The notes below the pieces were generated by a model, which did not search any database, was not told the DNA's origin, and saw only the letters and a list, made by a program, of their open reading frames with translations. Source: Candidatus Micrarchaeia archaeon (lineage in GTDB: Archaea; Micrarchaeota; Micrarchaeia; Burarchaeales; JAVZCV01). From it: 64,000 nucleotides of DNA. Positions 19,774-28,992 of the stretch are shown in pieces (position 1 is the first letter of the stretch; each line of letters begins with the position of its first letter). The stretch covers positions 6,664-70,663 of the forward strand of contig JAVZCV010000002.1 in NCBI GenBank assembly GCA_038874215.1, in the 5' to 3' direction. Position numbers and translations under genes: made by a program.

Positions 19774-19862
19774 AGCGGGCCCGGAGGGATTTTCGCGTCC
19801 TATTTCGAACCCTCGACCTACTGGTTAAGAGCCAGCCGCTCTGGCCAAGCTGAGCTACGGGC
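19774..19862 (-). tRNA. tRNA-Lys (anticodon CTT) with a ~14-nt insertion/intron in the T-loop
   Basis: On the - strand the sequence is GGGCCCG-TA-GCTC-AGCTTGGCCA-GAGC-G-GCTGG-CTCTTAA-CCAGT-AGGTC-GAGGG-TTCGAA[ATAGGACGCGAAAA]T-CCCTC-CGGGCCC-G. All stems pair and the anticodon is CTT. The T-loop is 21 nt instead of 7. Confidence 0.8.
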
Positions 19863-19899
19863 CCAGATTATAAACTCTTCCATATAAACAATAATAAAC

Positions 19900-20421
19900 A
19901 TGCATGTAAGCGTCCTAAGGCTTGGGCACAGAATAAAGCGTGATGAGCGGGCAACAACACACGTCTGTCTTGTTGCTCGCGCTTTCGGAGCAAGCGAGGT
20001 ATTCATAAGCGGGGATAAAGATACGGCTCTAATAGAGCGAATAGGCAAAATGCAGGAGAAATGGGGGTTTGGGATAACAGTAAAGCACGTTAAAAATTGG
20101 CGCGAAGTTTTGGATAACTGGCACGGAATAAAGGTTCATCTAACAATGTACGGTCTTCCAGTTTCCCACGTTCTTTCTGAGATAAAGAAGGCGGAGAACA
20201 TTCTCGTAATTGTTGGGTCCCAGAAAGTGCCCCCCGAAATTTACAAGAATGCCGATTTTAACGTTTCTATCACGAACCAACCCCACTCCGAAATAGCAGC
20301 CCTCGCAGTCTTCCTTGACCATCTATTTGAAGGAGCCGAGCTAGAACAGAACAGCTTTAAGAATGCAAAGCACAGAATAATTCCCTCGGCGCGTAGCAAA
20401 TTGATACGAAGGTATTTATAA
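19900..20421 (+). CDS. trm56: tRNA (cytidine56-2'-O)-methyltransferase aTrm56 (SPOUT)
   Basis: ...LRLGHRIKRDERATTHVCLVARAFGA..., ...VHLTMYG... and ...NQPHSEIAALAVFLD... match aTrm56. Confidence 0.85.
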   Translation: MHVSVLRLGHRIKRDERATTHVCLVARAFGASEVFISGDKDTALIERIGKMQEKWGFGITVKHVKNWREVLDNWHGIKVHLTMYGLPVSHVLSEIKKAENILVIVGSQKVPPEIYKNADFNVSITNQPHSEIAALAVFLDHLFEGAELEQNSFKNAKHRIIPSARSKLIRRYL

Positions 20422-20444
20422 TTGATTTTACAAAACTATCATGT

Positions 20445-20909
20445 ATGCCGAAAAGAGTTATTAGCGCCGAGCTTCGCAAATTCTTGGTTGAGATTGCAGG
20501 AGAATACGCGCCACCTATCGTAGATGCCATAAAAAAGCCAAAAAGCGACGAGCAGCTAGCCGAGATATGCAACATAAAGGTAAGCGAAGTAAGGGCTACA
20601 CTGAATAAGCTTCACATCCTTGGTATTGCAACATATGATAGAACGAGAGATGAAGAAACTGGGTGGTACTCGTATGTTTGGAACGTCAATCTAAGCAAGG
20701 CGTACGAGCTTATGGAAATGAAACAGAAGAAAGAGGCCGAAAAGCGAATCGTTCCGTTCACAGAAACCGTCATGGACTTCTATATGTGTAAAAACTGCAT
20801 AGATTTCAAAATCCAGTTTGACCAAGCGATGGACTATCTTTTCAAATGCCCAAAATGCAACAGCGATTTGGTTTATTTTGAAAATGTTAGAAAAGAAAAA
20901 AAGCCCTGA
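20445..20909 (+). CDS. tfe: Transcription factor E (TFE-alpha, TFIIE-alpha homolog)
   Basis: A winged-helix N-domain (...LAEICNIKVSEVRATLNKLHILGI...) is followed by a C-terminal zinc ribbon (CKNC...CPKC). Confidence 0.8.
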   Translation: MPKRVISAELRKFLVEIAGEYAPPIVDAIKKPKSDEQLAEICNIKVSEVRATLNKLHILGIATYDRTRDEETGWYSYVWNVNLSKAYELMEMKQKKEAEKRIVPFTETVMDFYMCKNCIDFKIQFDQAMDYLFKCPKCNSDLVYFENVRKEKKP

Positions 20910-20943
20910 TTCCCCACCAACAATGCTGATTTTCATGATATTA

Positions 20944-21051
20944 TAGCGGGAGGTGGATTTGAACCACCGATCTCTGGGTTCCTCAAAACGTTTTGGCATC
21001 GTCAAAGGTTTGTATGAGCCCAGCGGGCACTCCATGCTACCCTATCCCGCT
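20944..21051 (-). tRNA. Initiator tRNA-Met (CAT) with a canonical 33-nt intron at 37/38
   Basis: On the - strand the sequence is AGCGGGA-TA-GGGT-...-GCCC-G-CTGGG-CTCATA[33 nt]A-CCCAG-AGATC-GGTGG-TTCAAAT-CCACC-TCCCGCT-A. An A1:U72 pair and three G:C pairs at the base of the anticodon stem are archaeal initiator hallmarks. Confidence 0.85.
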
Positions 21052-21083
21052 ACTTATTCTTATGTATAGGTGCGTTTAAATCC

Positions 21084-21428
21084 TTATCTCAGCTCGGTCA
21101 TTTTGAGCATTCTGAAGTAGGAATATGCAAAAACCACTATGAAGAGAGCCTCAAAAAAATCATGAAGAAGAATTGTGATATCTGGCTGCATTATGCCGGA
21201 GCATTTTACAAAGTCAAGCGCAAAGGAGATAGCAAGCATGTAAAGACCCACATACAAGTATACGTTTTTTCTTAGAAAATGCCATCGGGTGTAGAAAAGA
21301 GATATACTCGCAAGAGTTATTATCATTAGGAGGAATTTTAGAAGAGCGAGAAATGCATCAGCAATATCTATAACCCCAGCATAGCCAAAAAGCAAAGTCG
21401 CAGAAGGCTCGCACATTGTTGATACCAT
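21084..21428 (-). CDS. Hypothetical small membrane protein
   Basis: 114 aa with 3-4 hydrophobic segments and no recognisable motif. Confidence 0.3.
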   Translation of the reverse strand: MVSTMCEPSATLLFGYAGVIDIADAFLALLKFLLMIITLASISLFYTRWHFLRKNVYLYVGLYMLAISFALDFVKCSGIMQPDITILLHDFFEALFIVVFAYSYFRMLKMTELR

Positions 21429-21482
21429 GGGTGCACCTATTCTCCCTTTATCTTTCTTAATCCTTTAAATACCTCCGTTTTT

Positions 21483-22691
21483 TCACAACCATTCGGTAAG
21501 CCTCGTCTGCCCTATTATCCTGCTTTTTAGAATATAATCATTTATATTTAATCTCAGTCTCCCTGCAATATCGCCAAGCGCTTCGCTAAGTGTCTGGAAC
21601 TTAACCCCATTCTTCATTAACGCATGCCTTATGTTTTCTCGCACTTCCCACACACCGACAGGGACCATGTATCCCTCATAAACTTCCCTGAAAACCACTG
21701 CTTTCGCCTGTCTTTTTATGCGCTTTGCAAGCGCTTCCGAAACGGCAAACCTGCTCGCATAGTACCCCCCACCCTGGCTCTCCGCATACTTCGTCCTTCC
21801 TTCATAGGGTTCGTGTTCTTCTGTTATCTGCGCGTTGGTCATTCCCTGCGTCCAGACAGTGTTTGGCGCCCATGCCTCAAAGTTTTCAAATTCCCATTTC
21901 CCAGGCATGAGCAAAATCTCAAAATGGTTGCTCAGATATTCGTTTGAAAACACAAGAAATTCGTTTATGCTTGGCATGCTTTTTATCTCCGCAACATAAT
22001 TTTTTGAGAGCATGTCGTCTATTGCGGTTATTGACCATCTTGTTGGCACCATCCTCTTGTTTTCCTTCTTGCCCAATACACCCGCAGAAAAAACACGCGT
22101 TATATAATAATTATCAAACCCATACCTGCACATTTCTCTTATAGCTTCCATTGCACTAATACCATCATCTACTATCATGTCTACCCGCTTTGGTATCTTG
22201 GGATTCTCACATACATGGAAATCAAGCAGGGGGGCGGAAGGACCCATTGGCTGGGTAATCGGAGAAAAAACGATCATCGGCTTTATTTTCCTTGAGAAAT
22301 GCGCCTCAACGTCAATGCTCCTGTAAGAGAGGGCTACTTCCTGCGCTCGCTCAACCATCCTATCCTTGAGATGCACATCCCCCTGCTTCTTCCCTCTTAC
22401 AAGCATCCCCCTATGCCTAATTATATCTGAAAGCTCCATCCCATACATGTCGGCGGGGTTATCAACGACAGTTTCACTTGCAGATACAAGGGGACCCCAG
22501 AAAACGCTGGGATAACCGTACGAACCTACGAATATATTTGGCGGCGTTTTTCCGAATATGCTATCTTTATAAACCGCAACACTATGAACCTCAAAAAGCA
22601 ACCGTGCTTTTTCAAGATGAGGGCATCTCTCCCTACCGCACAGCATTCTCCCTCCCTTGCAGAATACGCACAAACCCCTATCAGGCTGCAT
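21483..22691 (-). CDS. NreA-like protein (archaeal Nre family, putative DNA repair)
   Basis: The N-terminal CxxCKGxRxLCGxxxCP motif (LCVFCKGGRMLCGRERCP) is typical of the Nre family. It is about 400 aa. Confidence 0.5.
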   Translation of the reverse strand: MQPDRGLCVFCKGGRMLCGRERCPHLEKARLLFEVHSVAVYKDSIFGKTPPNIFVGSYGYPSVFWGPLVSASETVVDNPADMYGMELSDIIRHRGMLVRGKKQGDVHLKDRMVERAQEVALSYRSIDVEAHFSRKIKPMIVFSPITQPMGPSAPLLDFHVCENPKIPKRVDMIVDDGISAMEAIREMCRYGFDNYYITRVFSAGVLGKKENKRMVPTRWSITAIDDMLSKNYVAEIKSMPSINEFLVFSNEYLSNHFEILLMPGKWEFENFEAWAPNTVWTQGMTNAQITEEHEPYEGRTKYAESQGGGYYASRFAVSEALAKRIKRQAKAVVFREVYEGYMVPVGVWEVRENIRHALMKNGVKFQTLSEALGDIAGRLRLNINDYILKSRIIGQTRLTEWL

Positions 22692-22724
22692 AACCGTTAT
22701 ATTGGTTTCCGCAAAATTAATAAC

Positions 22725-23573
22725 GTGCTCCGCAGCTTCATAGACAGATACTTCATAGAGCCTTTATGGCAACACGAAGGCTACAACATCTTTAATACTA
22801 CTGTGTATGCGATAATAGCGCTTGCCTCCGCATACCTCATTTTCTTACTATTGCAGAAAATGAAAATTCGCATAGACGACGAATTCATCTACTCCATCAT
22901 ACCCTTCATATTTATTGGTTCAACTATCCGTGTTATTACTGATAGCATAGATACGGGCGTCGCTAAAGGCGAGATGCTTCTCGGGTTCATGCAGTACATA
23001 CTTGACTCACACATATACGATTACGGCTACCTAACAGCTTCGCCAGGCATATATGTTGTTATCGGCTTGCTAACGCTCGTGTGCGTTGTTGTTTTCAAAT
23101 TATTGGGCAAAGAGAAGTATCTGAAATTCGTGGGAATTACCCTTTTCATCCCGCACTTCCTAATCCTCACACCCATGATGAAGAACTTCGCATACGTCGT
23201 GCTTATCCTCGTTTTCGCTCTACTCGGGTTTTCAATAGGCTTTTACATTTTCAAAGGCATAAACCCCGCTTCTCTCGCCGTTTTTTCACATTCTCTTGAC
23301 GGTGCAGCAACCTTCGTCATACTGGATTTTTTTAACAGATATGCAGGAGGGAAATACTTTGAGCAGCATGTCATCCCATCGCTAATAGGCTCTGCTTTTG
23401 GCACGATGCTACCTTTCTTTCTTATAAAAGTCTTCTTTTCCACATTCGCCGCATACATAATAATTAACTCTGAAGAGAGCGAAGAAGAGAAAAAATACCT
23501 CTTACTTCTACTTGTAATCTTCGGGCTTGCCCCAGGCATACGTGATACGATGCGCCTTCTGGTGGGAGCATGA
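22725..23573 (+). CDS. Polytopic membrane protein (DUF63-like?). The start is uncertain; a GTG avoids overlap with the nreA-like start.
   Basis: 7-8 TM helices. The ORF in the track begins at 22584 and overlaps the opposite-strand gene. Confidence 0.4.
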   Translation: MLRSFIDRYFIEPLWQHEGYNIFNTTVYAIIALASAYLIFLLLQKMKIRIDDEFIYSIIPFIFIGSTIRVITDSIDTGVAKGEMLLGFMQYILDSHIYDYGYLTASPGIYVVIGLLTLVCVVVFKLLGKEKYLKFVGITLFIPHFLILTPMMKNFAYVVLILVFALLGFSIGFYIFKGINPASLAVFSHSLDGAATFVILDFFNRYAGGKYFEQHVIPSLIGSAFGTMLPFFLIKVFFSTFAAYIIINSEESEEEKKYLLLLLVIFGLAPGIRDTMRLLVGA

Positions 23574-24001
23574 ATACACACCTATGCGCCACAACAAACT
23601 ATGCTTTCTTTATTTTTGGCTGGGCTCTGGTTGCGGTTTTTCTCTTCTTTTACACAGGATTCATCAGAAAAATGAAGCCCAACGTGAAAACCTTCGCAAT
23701 CTCCCTCCTGACGCTCTTCCCGACGGCTTTATCTTTTGAGCTCGCCTACCCTGGCCTTATGCTCTCCCAGTATAAGGCAGAGTTACCCGACCAAAATCCC
23801 GGGGCTGGTTTGGCAGACTTTGCAAACTTCATGATGCCTCTATCCGTCTATCTTCTGCTTACAGGGCTCCTCTATTTCCTTACACGAAGATACTTCGGAA
23901 GCACTGCATTCATTTTTGTTGCAACGTTCATAACCGCCGTATCCTATATATTTTCATTTGCAATCTTTCCGCCAAAGTGGTATCTATGCTATATCTTATA
24001 G
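23570..24001 (+). CDS. Hypothetical membrane protein
   Basis: 4 TM helices and an ATGA overlap with the upstream gene. Confidence 0.35.
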   Translation: MNTHLCATTNYAFFIFGWALVAVFLFFYTGFIRKMKPNVKTFAISLLTLFPTALSFELAYPGLMLSQYKAELPDQNPGAGLADFANFMMPLSVYLLLTGLLYFLTRRYFGSTAFIFVATFITAVSYIFSFAIFPPKWYLCYIL

Positions 24002-24747
24002 GGACGGGCATATGGGATGAGATGGACATGTCCCTACGGGCAGTTGAATGCGCAAAGAAGTGCGAGCGCGTTTATGCGGAATTCTACACAACGAAAAACG
24101 GGACAGATGCCAAAAAGCTATCAAAATTGATAGGGAAAGATGTTGTGGAAGTTCAAAGAAAAGACCTTGAGGAAAACTGCGCCAGAATGGTAGAGGAAGC
24201 ACGCTACAATGATGTTGCAATACTGGTTGGTGGGGATTGCTTGGCTGCAACAACCCACTCCGCGCTTATTCTTGAAGCGATAAAGCGCAAAATCCCATAC
24301 AGCGTTATACATGGTTCATCTGTTTTTACTGCTGTCTCCGAATGCGGTTTATTTCTTTATAAATTCGGCAACACAACAACGCTCCCATTCTGGAGTGATA
24401 GGTACAAGCCAACCTCAACATACGAAACAATAGCAGAAAACACGAGGCGTGGCCTTCACACCCTTGTTCTCCTTGACATAGGGTCCAGCCCCATGGAAAT
24501 CGGAACCGCCTTTACAATCTTAATTGATATGGAGAAGAGAAGCAGCGAGAATATTAACATAGGCGAAAAAAACATCGTTGTACTATCTCGTATTGGAAGC
24601 AGCGAGCAGAAGGTTACGTATGGGAAGCTTTGCGATCTTGCAGAGCACAGGGAGCTCTTGGGCAAACCGCCATTCGTAATAGTTTTCCCAGGCAGGCTCC
24701 ACTTCATTGAGGAAGAAATGCTTGTCAATTTCAAATTAAAAAAATAG
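23986..24747 (+). CDS. dphB: Diphthine synthase (Dph5)
   Basis: MLYLIGTGIWDEMDMSLRAVECAKKCERVYAEFYTT... is the tetrapyrrole-methylase fold N-terminus typical of diphthine synthase. Confidence 0.8.
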   Translation: MLYLIGTGIWDEMDMSLRAVECAKKCERVYAEFYTTKNGTDAKKLSKLIGKDVVEVQRKDLEENCARMVEEARYNDVAILVGGDCLAATTHSALILEAIKRKIPYSVIHGSSVFTAVSECGLFLYKFGNTTTLPFWSDRYKPTSTYETIAENTRRGLHTLVLLDIGSSPMEIGTAFTILIDMEKRSSENINIGEKNIVVLSRIGSSEQKVTYGKLCDLAEHRELLGKPPFVIVFPGRLHFIEEEMLVNFKLKK

Positions 24748-24780
24748 CAAGAATTTTAATCCATGGTGTTATATAGGATT

Positions 24781-25176
24781 ATGTTTAGTTTTACGATATC
24801 AACGAAAAGGCAGATTGAGCTGATTGACATAACTGATAAGGTGGGCGAAATCGTTGTGAAGAGCGGTGTAAAGGAGGGCGTCTGCCTTGTTTATGTCCCG
24901 CATGCAACAGCGGCTATAATAATAAATGAGTTTGAACCGAACATAGCACAAGATTATTTGGAGTTCTTTGAAAAATTCGTTCCAAAAGGCCCTTATAAGC
25001 ACAACATGATTGACGACAATGCCGAGGCGCACATGAAAAGTGCATTTTTTGGCGCGGGCAAATGCATCCCCGTTTCAGGCGGCAAGATTGCGCTCGGCAC
25101 ATGGCAAAGCATCATCCTATGCGAATTTGACGGCCCAAGAACGCGAACAGTCCATGTGCAGGTGGCATCATGCTAA
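24781..25176 (+). CDS. YjbQ/UPF0047-family protein (secondary thiamine-phosphate synthase-like)
   Basis: ...CLVYVPHATAAIIINEFEP..., ...DDNAEAHMKSAFFGAG... and ...GKIALGTWQSIILCEFDGPRTRTV... match the family. Confidence 0.75.
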   Translation: MFSFTISTKRQIELIDITDKVGEIVVKSGVKEGVCLVYVPHATAAIIINEFEPNIAQDYLEFFEKFVPKGPYKHNMIDDNAEAHMKSAFFGAGKCIPVSGGKIALGTWQSIILCEFDGPRTRTVHVQVASC

Positions 25177-25198
25177 TTTTATTAAATAAATACAGTCG

Positions 25199-25984
25199 GT
25201 GGCTGTTTCAATGAAATATCGCGCATGTGTCATACCAAACCCGTTTAAAGACTCCGCCGTTGCACTATCAAAGGAGATTGAAAAATTCCTACTGGAATGT
25301 GATTGCGTTATCTCTAACATGAAGCAATGCGATTTCGTGATAACGGTAGGAGGAGATGGAACCGTGCTGTTTGAAAAGAACAGGACAGAAAAACCAATAT
25401 TCGCAGTCGGAAGCGAAATAAGCTATCTCTGCCAAGCATCCGAAAAAAATTGGGAGCAGATACTAAGCGACATAATAAACAAGGGATACATACTGGAAGA
25501 GAGGGATATGCTTCTCTCCTCGTTAAATTCCAGAGTTCTTCCACCCGCCCTGAACGAGGTTACCGTAAGGAACAAGGAACATAGGATACTGCGGCTTGAG
25601 CTGAATGTTATGGGATCAATATACACATTTAAGGCAGATGGGGTAATATTCGCAACCCCGACTGGCTCAACAGCCTACTCGTACTCATGCGGCGGCCCAG
25701 AGCTTGATCCGCATGCAGACAAGTATGTTCTCGCCCCCATTGCGGCTTACAGGCGTGCCTTCCTACCCCTCATCGTGCCGATCAATGAGAAATCCCTGCT
25801 AAAAGTTTCAACAACATGCGAAGCAGACGTAGTTATTGATGGCCAGATTGTTTTTCCTTTAAGCGAGAACAACTCCATAGAGGTATGGAAAAGCGAGAGA
25901 AAGCAGGCATTCATCATACCAAAGACAGAGAAACTGCTTCGCACGTTCCCTCTCTCAAATTTTATGAGAAAGCATTACGACTAG
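25199..25984 (+). CDS. nadK: NAD+ kinase
   Basis: GGDGT is present (...ITVGGDGTVLF...), together with ...DGVIFATPTGSTAYSYSCGGP.... Confidence 0.85.
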   Translation: MAVSMKYRACVIPNPFKDSAVALSKEIEKFLLECDCVISNMKQCDFVITVGGDGTVLFEKNRTEKPIFAVGSEISYLCQASEKNWEQILSDIINKGYILEERDMLLSSLNSRVLPPALNEVTVRNKEHRILRLELNVMGSIYTFKADGVIFATPTGSTAYSYSCGGPELDPHADKYVLAPIAAYRRAFLPLIVPINEKSLLKVSTTCEADVVIDGQIVFPLSENNSIEVWKSERKQAFIIPKTEKLLRTFPLSNFMRKHYD

Positions 25985-26779
25985 GCCAAAAAGCCCGTAG
26001 GAGAGAAGGTTGTTTAGCAGCATGTGGAGTGCGCTCATTAAGTCCAATGGCAATCCCTCAACACAGAAAACAACGGTGTTAATTGCGAATATGAGTGCAC
26101 CCAGCAAGCATGAGACAAAAACAAATCCATACTGTATTTTAACTTTGAAAAGATCGCACGCAAACGGAAGCGCAGAAGCAACTGAAAAACCGAAGAGTGC
26201 ATTTATCGCTATGAAATGAAAGTTTTCAAAGAGCCACGCTGTGCCCTGAAAAGTCGGCAACGTACCGCGAAGTAGCGCCACATAGGTAGGCGAGCTTATC
26301 CACGAGATGCCAACAGAGAGGATGGGCAGAGATACCAAGCCTATAAACGCCTTTCCCCTAAGCTTGCTATCAAAACTTAGGATAAGACCCAAATAAACCA
26401 CGAAAAAGAAAACAAGGTTATTTAGATAATGCACAAGTGCTCGGCTTAGTAGTGCAGTTGTTATAATCACATCTTGGGTGGCTATTGGAGACGAGATGGC
26501 AGTCAAAGTAAAGAGGGCGGTGGAGTGGATGACTGCGAAAGAAGCAGCCTCTTCTCGCCTGACCTTTCTCGCGAGAATGTAATACGACCCGATTACCAGA
26601 ACTGGTTTAAAAACTTCCGCAACTTCCTTAACGTAGCCTGTCCCAGTTCCGCTGATGACTTCATATCCAAGTAGCGTGGCAATCGCAAAGACAACATATA
26701 TGAAAGATGTAGCAGCGATAAATGCCCCTATCTGCCCCCTGTTTATCTCAAACTCCGCCTTCTTAAACCATTTATGCAT
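25955..26779 (-). CDS. Integral membrane protein, function unknown
   Basis: About 8 TM helices. There is a possible CPBP-like H...N motif (LVHYLNN) but it is not convincing. Confidence 0.35.
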   Translation of the reverse strand: MHKWFKKAEFEINRGQIGAFIAATSFIYVVFAIATLLGYEVISGTGTGYVKEVAEVFKPVLVIGSYYILARKVRREEAASFAVIHSTALFTLTAISSPIATQDVIITTALLSRALVHYLNNLVFFFVVYLGLILSFDSKLRGKAFIGLVSLPILSVGISWISSPTYVALLRGTLPTFQGTAWLFENFHFIAINALFGFSVASALPFACDLFKVKIQYGFVFVSCLLGALIFAINTVVFCVEGLPLDLMSALHMLLNNLLSYGLFGLVVMLSHKI

Positions 26780-26804
26780 GTGCGTATATCGCAGTTCCTA
26801 AATT

Positions 26805-27440
26805 TTAATATTTCCCTTCCTCTATCTTAGCGATAACCTCCGCAACCTCCTCTATTCTCCTTATGTTCGCATCCCCTTTAACAGCATCGCCCAATATTAT
26901 CGTAAAAACGCCAGCTGCCCTGCCCGCTTCCAAATCAACCCCATTATCCCCAACATAAACAGCACTTTCCTTATCCACGTTAAGGGCTTTGAGCGCCTTT
27001 AGTATCGGCTCTGGGTGGGGTTTTATGTTATCGCAGTCCGCACTCGTTATGACCACGTCAAACTTAATCCCAAAGTGCCTGAGAACAGCCGGCGTGGACC
27101 TACCCCTGTTCGTGACAAGGCCCAACCGATACCTCTTGCCAAGACGCTCAAGCAGTCCAGGAACCCCTCCCCCTATCTTCATATCCCCAATCGTTTCTAT
27201 TGATATGCGAGATGTTTCCAGGCTCATTTGTCTTATGAGTCCCTCACTTCTTTTTTCTTTCGGTAGCAACTCCCTTATGATGTTTCTGCTTCCAGATGCC
27301 CAAAGCCTTTCTATATCCTTTCTGGGAGGCTTTTCAAACCCAAACATCGTGAAAACCTGCTGGAATACCTTAACAACATGCTCCTTGGAATCTACAATTA
27401 CGCCATCAAGATCAAATAAAATAGCCTTTATCCTTTGCAC
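26805..27440 (-). CDS. HAD-superfamily hydrolase (phosphatase). Probable GTG start just before IKAILFDLDGV.
   Basis: HAD motif I is FDLDGVIVDS and motif IV is VGDNGVDLEAGRAAG. The track ORF extends 21 codons upstream. Confidence 0.7.
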   Translation of the reverse strand: MQRIKAILFDLDGVIVDSKEHVVKVFQQVFTMFGFEKPPRKDIERLWASGSRNIIRELLPKEKRSEGLIRQMSLETSRISIETIGDMKIGGGVPGLLERLGKRYRLGLVTNRGRSTPAVLRHFGIKFDVVITSADCDNIKPHPEPILKALKALNVDKESAVYVGDNGVDLEAGRAAGVFTIILGDAVKGDANIRRIEEVAEVIAKIEEGKY

Positions 27441-27447
27441 TCTCTCA

Positions 27448-27999
27448 TCACTCCCTGCCAAAAACACAATACCAAAGACAATGGCACAAGGATAGCAGCA
27501 CAAGGTATTTTATAAATGTATGCGCTGAAGTCCACCCCGCGCCGTACCCAACAATCATCCACTGCCAGCCAAGTATATACTCCACCAACGTAAGCAAAAA
27601 GCCCACCATCACGACTTCAATAATGCTATGCCCCCAATCAAATTTCCTTGGTATGTAGAGAGCCCATGCCACGCTGCAGAAGAAGTAGACAGCCACGAGT
27701 TCAGCAGGTATCCCGAAAAACAAAAAAGAGCCTCCATAGAGACTCCAAAGCTTCAACCATCGCGCCATCTCCTCCATCGCAAAGAGAATACACGAAACAA
27801 CAAAACCAAAAACAAGCGCATTCAGGACAATTCTATTCCTCAGATTTCTATATGCTTCTACGAGAAACCACGTACCCGAGGAAGCGAGCATTGTCGTCCA
27901 TACCCATCTTTGCGACGGAAAATTCGCAAATGCAAAAACTGCGCAGAAACCGGAAAGCACCGCTACGATCCACATAAGATGGTGCCATTTGCCAGCCAT
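27448..27999 (-). CDS. Hypothetical membrane protein
   Basis: 5-6 TM helices, Trp-rich. Confidence 0.35.
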   Translation of the reverse strand: MAGKWHHLMWIVAVLSGFCAVFAFANFPSQRWVWTTMLASSGTWFLVEAYRNLRNRIVLNALVFGFVVSCILFAMEEMARWLKLWSLYGGSFLFFGIPAELVAVYFFCSVAWALYIPRKFDWGHSIIEVVMVGFLLTLVEYILGWQWMIVGYGAGWTSAHTFIKYLVLLSLCHCLWYCVFGRE

Positions 28000-28002
28000 G
28001 CT

Positions 28003-28959
28003 CTAACTATCCGCTCTTATATTTAAAATTCTCCCCCTATCACTTTTTTTATCCCTGCATAAAAGAACAACCCTGCTTGGCTCATATTCCGCAGATACGA
28101 TATAGCCACACACCTCTGCAAGTTCTTTGGCGAAAGCTCTTATCTCGTCATGTGTTGGCATATTGTTGAGGCTGAGCCCCCTACGCGGGTCCCGAGCCCC
28201 GCCAACATACACGAAGCTCTTAACCTCAACATATTCTGGCAGTGCTTTCTCAATGAGCTTTGCGTAACCTGCGGCATCAAGCATGTTATGCCCTTTTACA
28301 AGCGTCATTCTCAGAACGCGGCGCGTTGGCATGCTGTTTAAAATCTCCAAAGTTTCGTTGAAATTCACCCATGCTCTCTGGTACTTAGGGGCGCAAATAC
28401 GGCGATACACCTCCTCGTTTGGTGCGTTGAGGGAAACATAAAACTGGGTAGGCAGCCTTTCAAGTTCTGCAATTTGTTTGGGAAGCGTTCCGTTCGTAAC
28501 CAAAAATGTTGTCATCCCCCTCCTCCAGAACTCCTCAATCAATTCAGACATATGTGGGTAAAACATTACCTCCCCAGTAAGGCTTATTGCGGCATGCTTC
28601 GGGTTTTTAGCTTCCTCCCACATCCCTTTGCTAACCCTCTTATTCCCCCCATAACCCGATACTATCCTAAGATGTTCTGCAATAATCCATTCAACAACAT
28701 CAGCAGCTTCATCCCATTTAGCAGGGAGGTTCTCTTTTTCATCGGGCATAATCCGCCAGCAGAATATGCAACCCATGTTGCAGTATGTTGCAACAGGGGT
28801 GCACTGGATACATCGGTGGCTTTCTATCCCGTAAAAAGCATTCTTGTAGCACTTTTTCCCTTTGACAAGGGCATCGTGGAGCCATTTGCATCCCTTTACT
28901 GCGCTATGCCCGCCTGCGAAATGGTACTCTTGGTTTTTCATCCTCTCCATCAAACCCAT
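28003..28959 (-). CDS. taw1: tRNA 4-demethylwyosine synthase Taw1/TYW1 (radical SAM). Start uncertain between 28941 and 29016.
   Basis: ...GCKWLHDALVKGKKCYKNAFYGIESHRCIQCTP...CNMGCIFCWR... matches the two-cluster radical-SAM signature of archaeal Taw1. Confidence 0.8.
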   Translation of the reverse strand: MGLMERMKNQEYHFAGGHSAVKGCKWLHDALVKGKKCYKNAFYGIESHRCIQCTPVATYCNMGCIFCWRIMPDEKENLPAKWDEAADVVEWIIAEHLRIVSGYGGNKRVSKGMWEEAKNPKHAAISLTGEVMFYPHMSELIEEFWRRGMTTFLVTNGTLPKQIAELERLPTQFYVSLNAPNEEVYRRICAPKYQRAWVNFNETLEILNSMPTRRVLRMTLVKGHNMLDAAGYAKLIEKALPEYVEVKSFVYVGGARDPRRGLSLNNMPTHDEIRAFAKELAEVCGYIVSAEYEPSRVVLLCRDKKSDRGRILNIRADS

Positions 28960-28992
28960 GCGTTTTTTATTTTTCACATCATATTTATAGGC

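Noticed and set aside
22584-22724. Upstream part of the membrane-protein ORF 22584..23573
   Set aside because: It overlaps the nreA-like start on the other strand. An in-frame GTG at 22725 is a more economical start. This remains uncertain.
28474-28992. 5' 173 codons of the 558-aa track ORF for endA
   Set aside because: This part overlaps taw1 on the opposite strand and has no EndA similarity. Homology starts at Met 28993.
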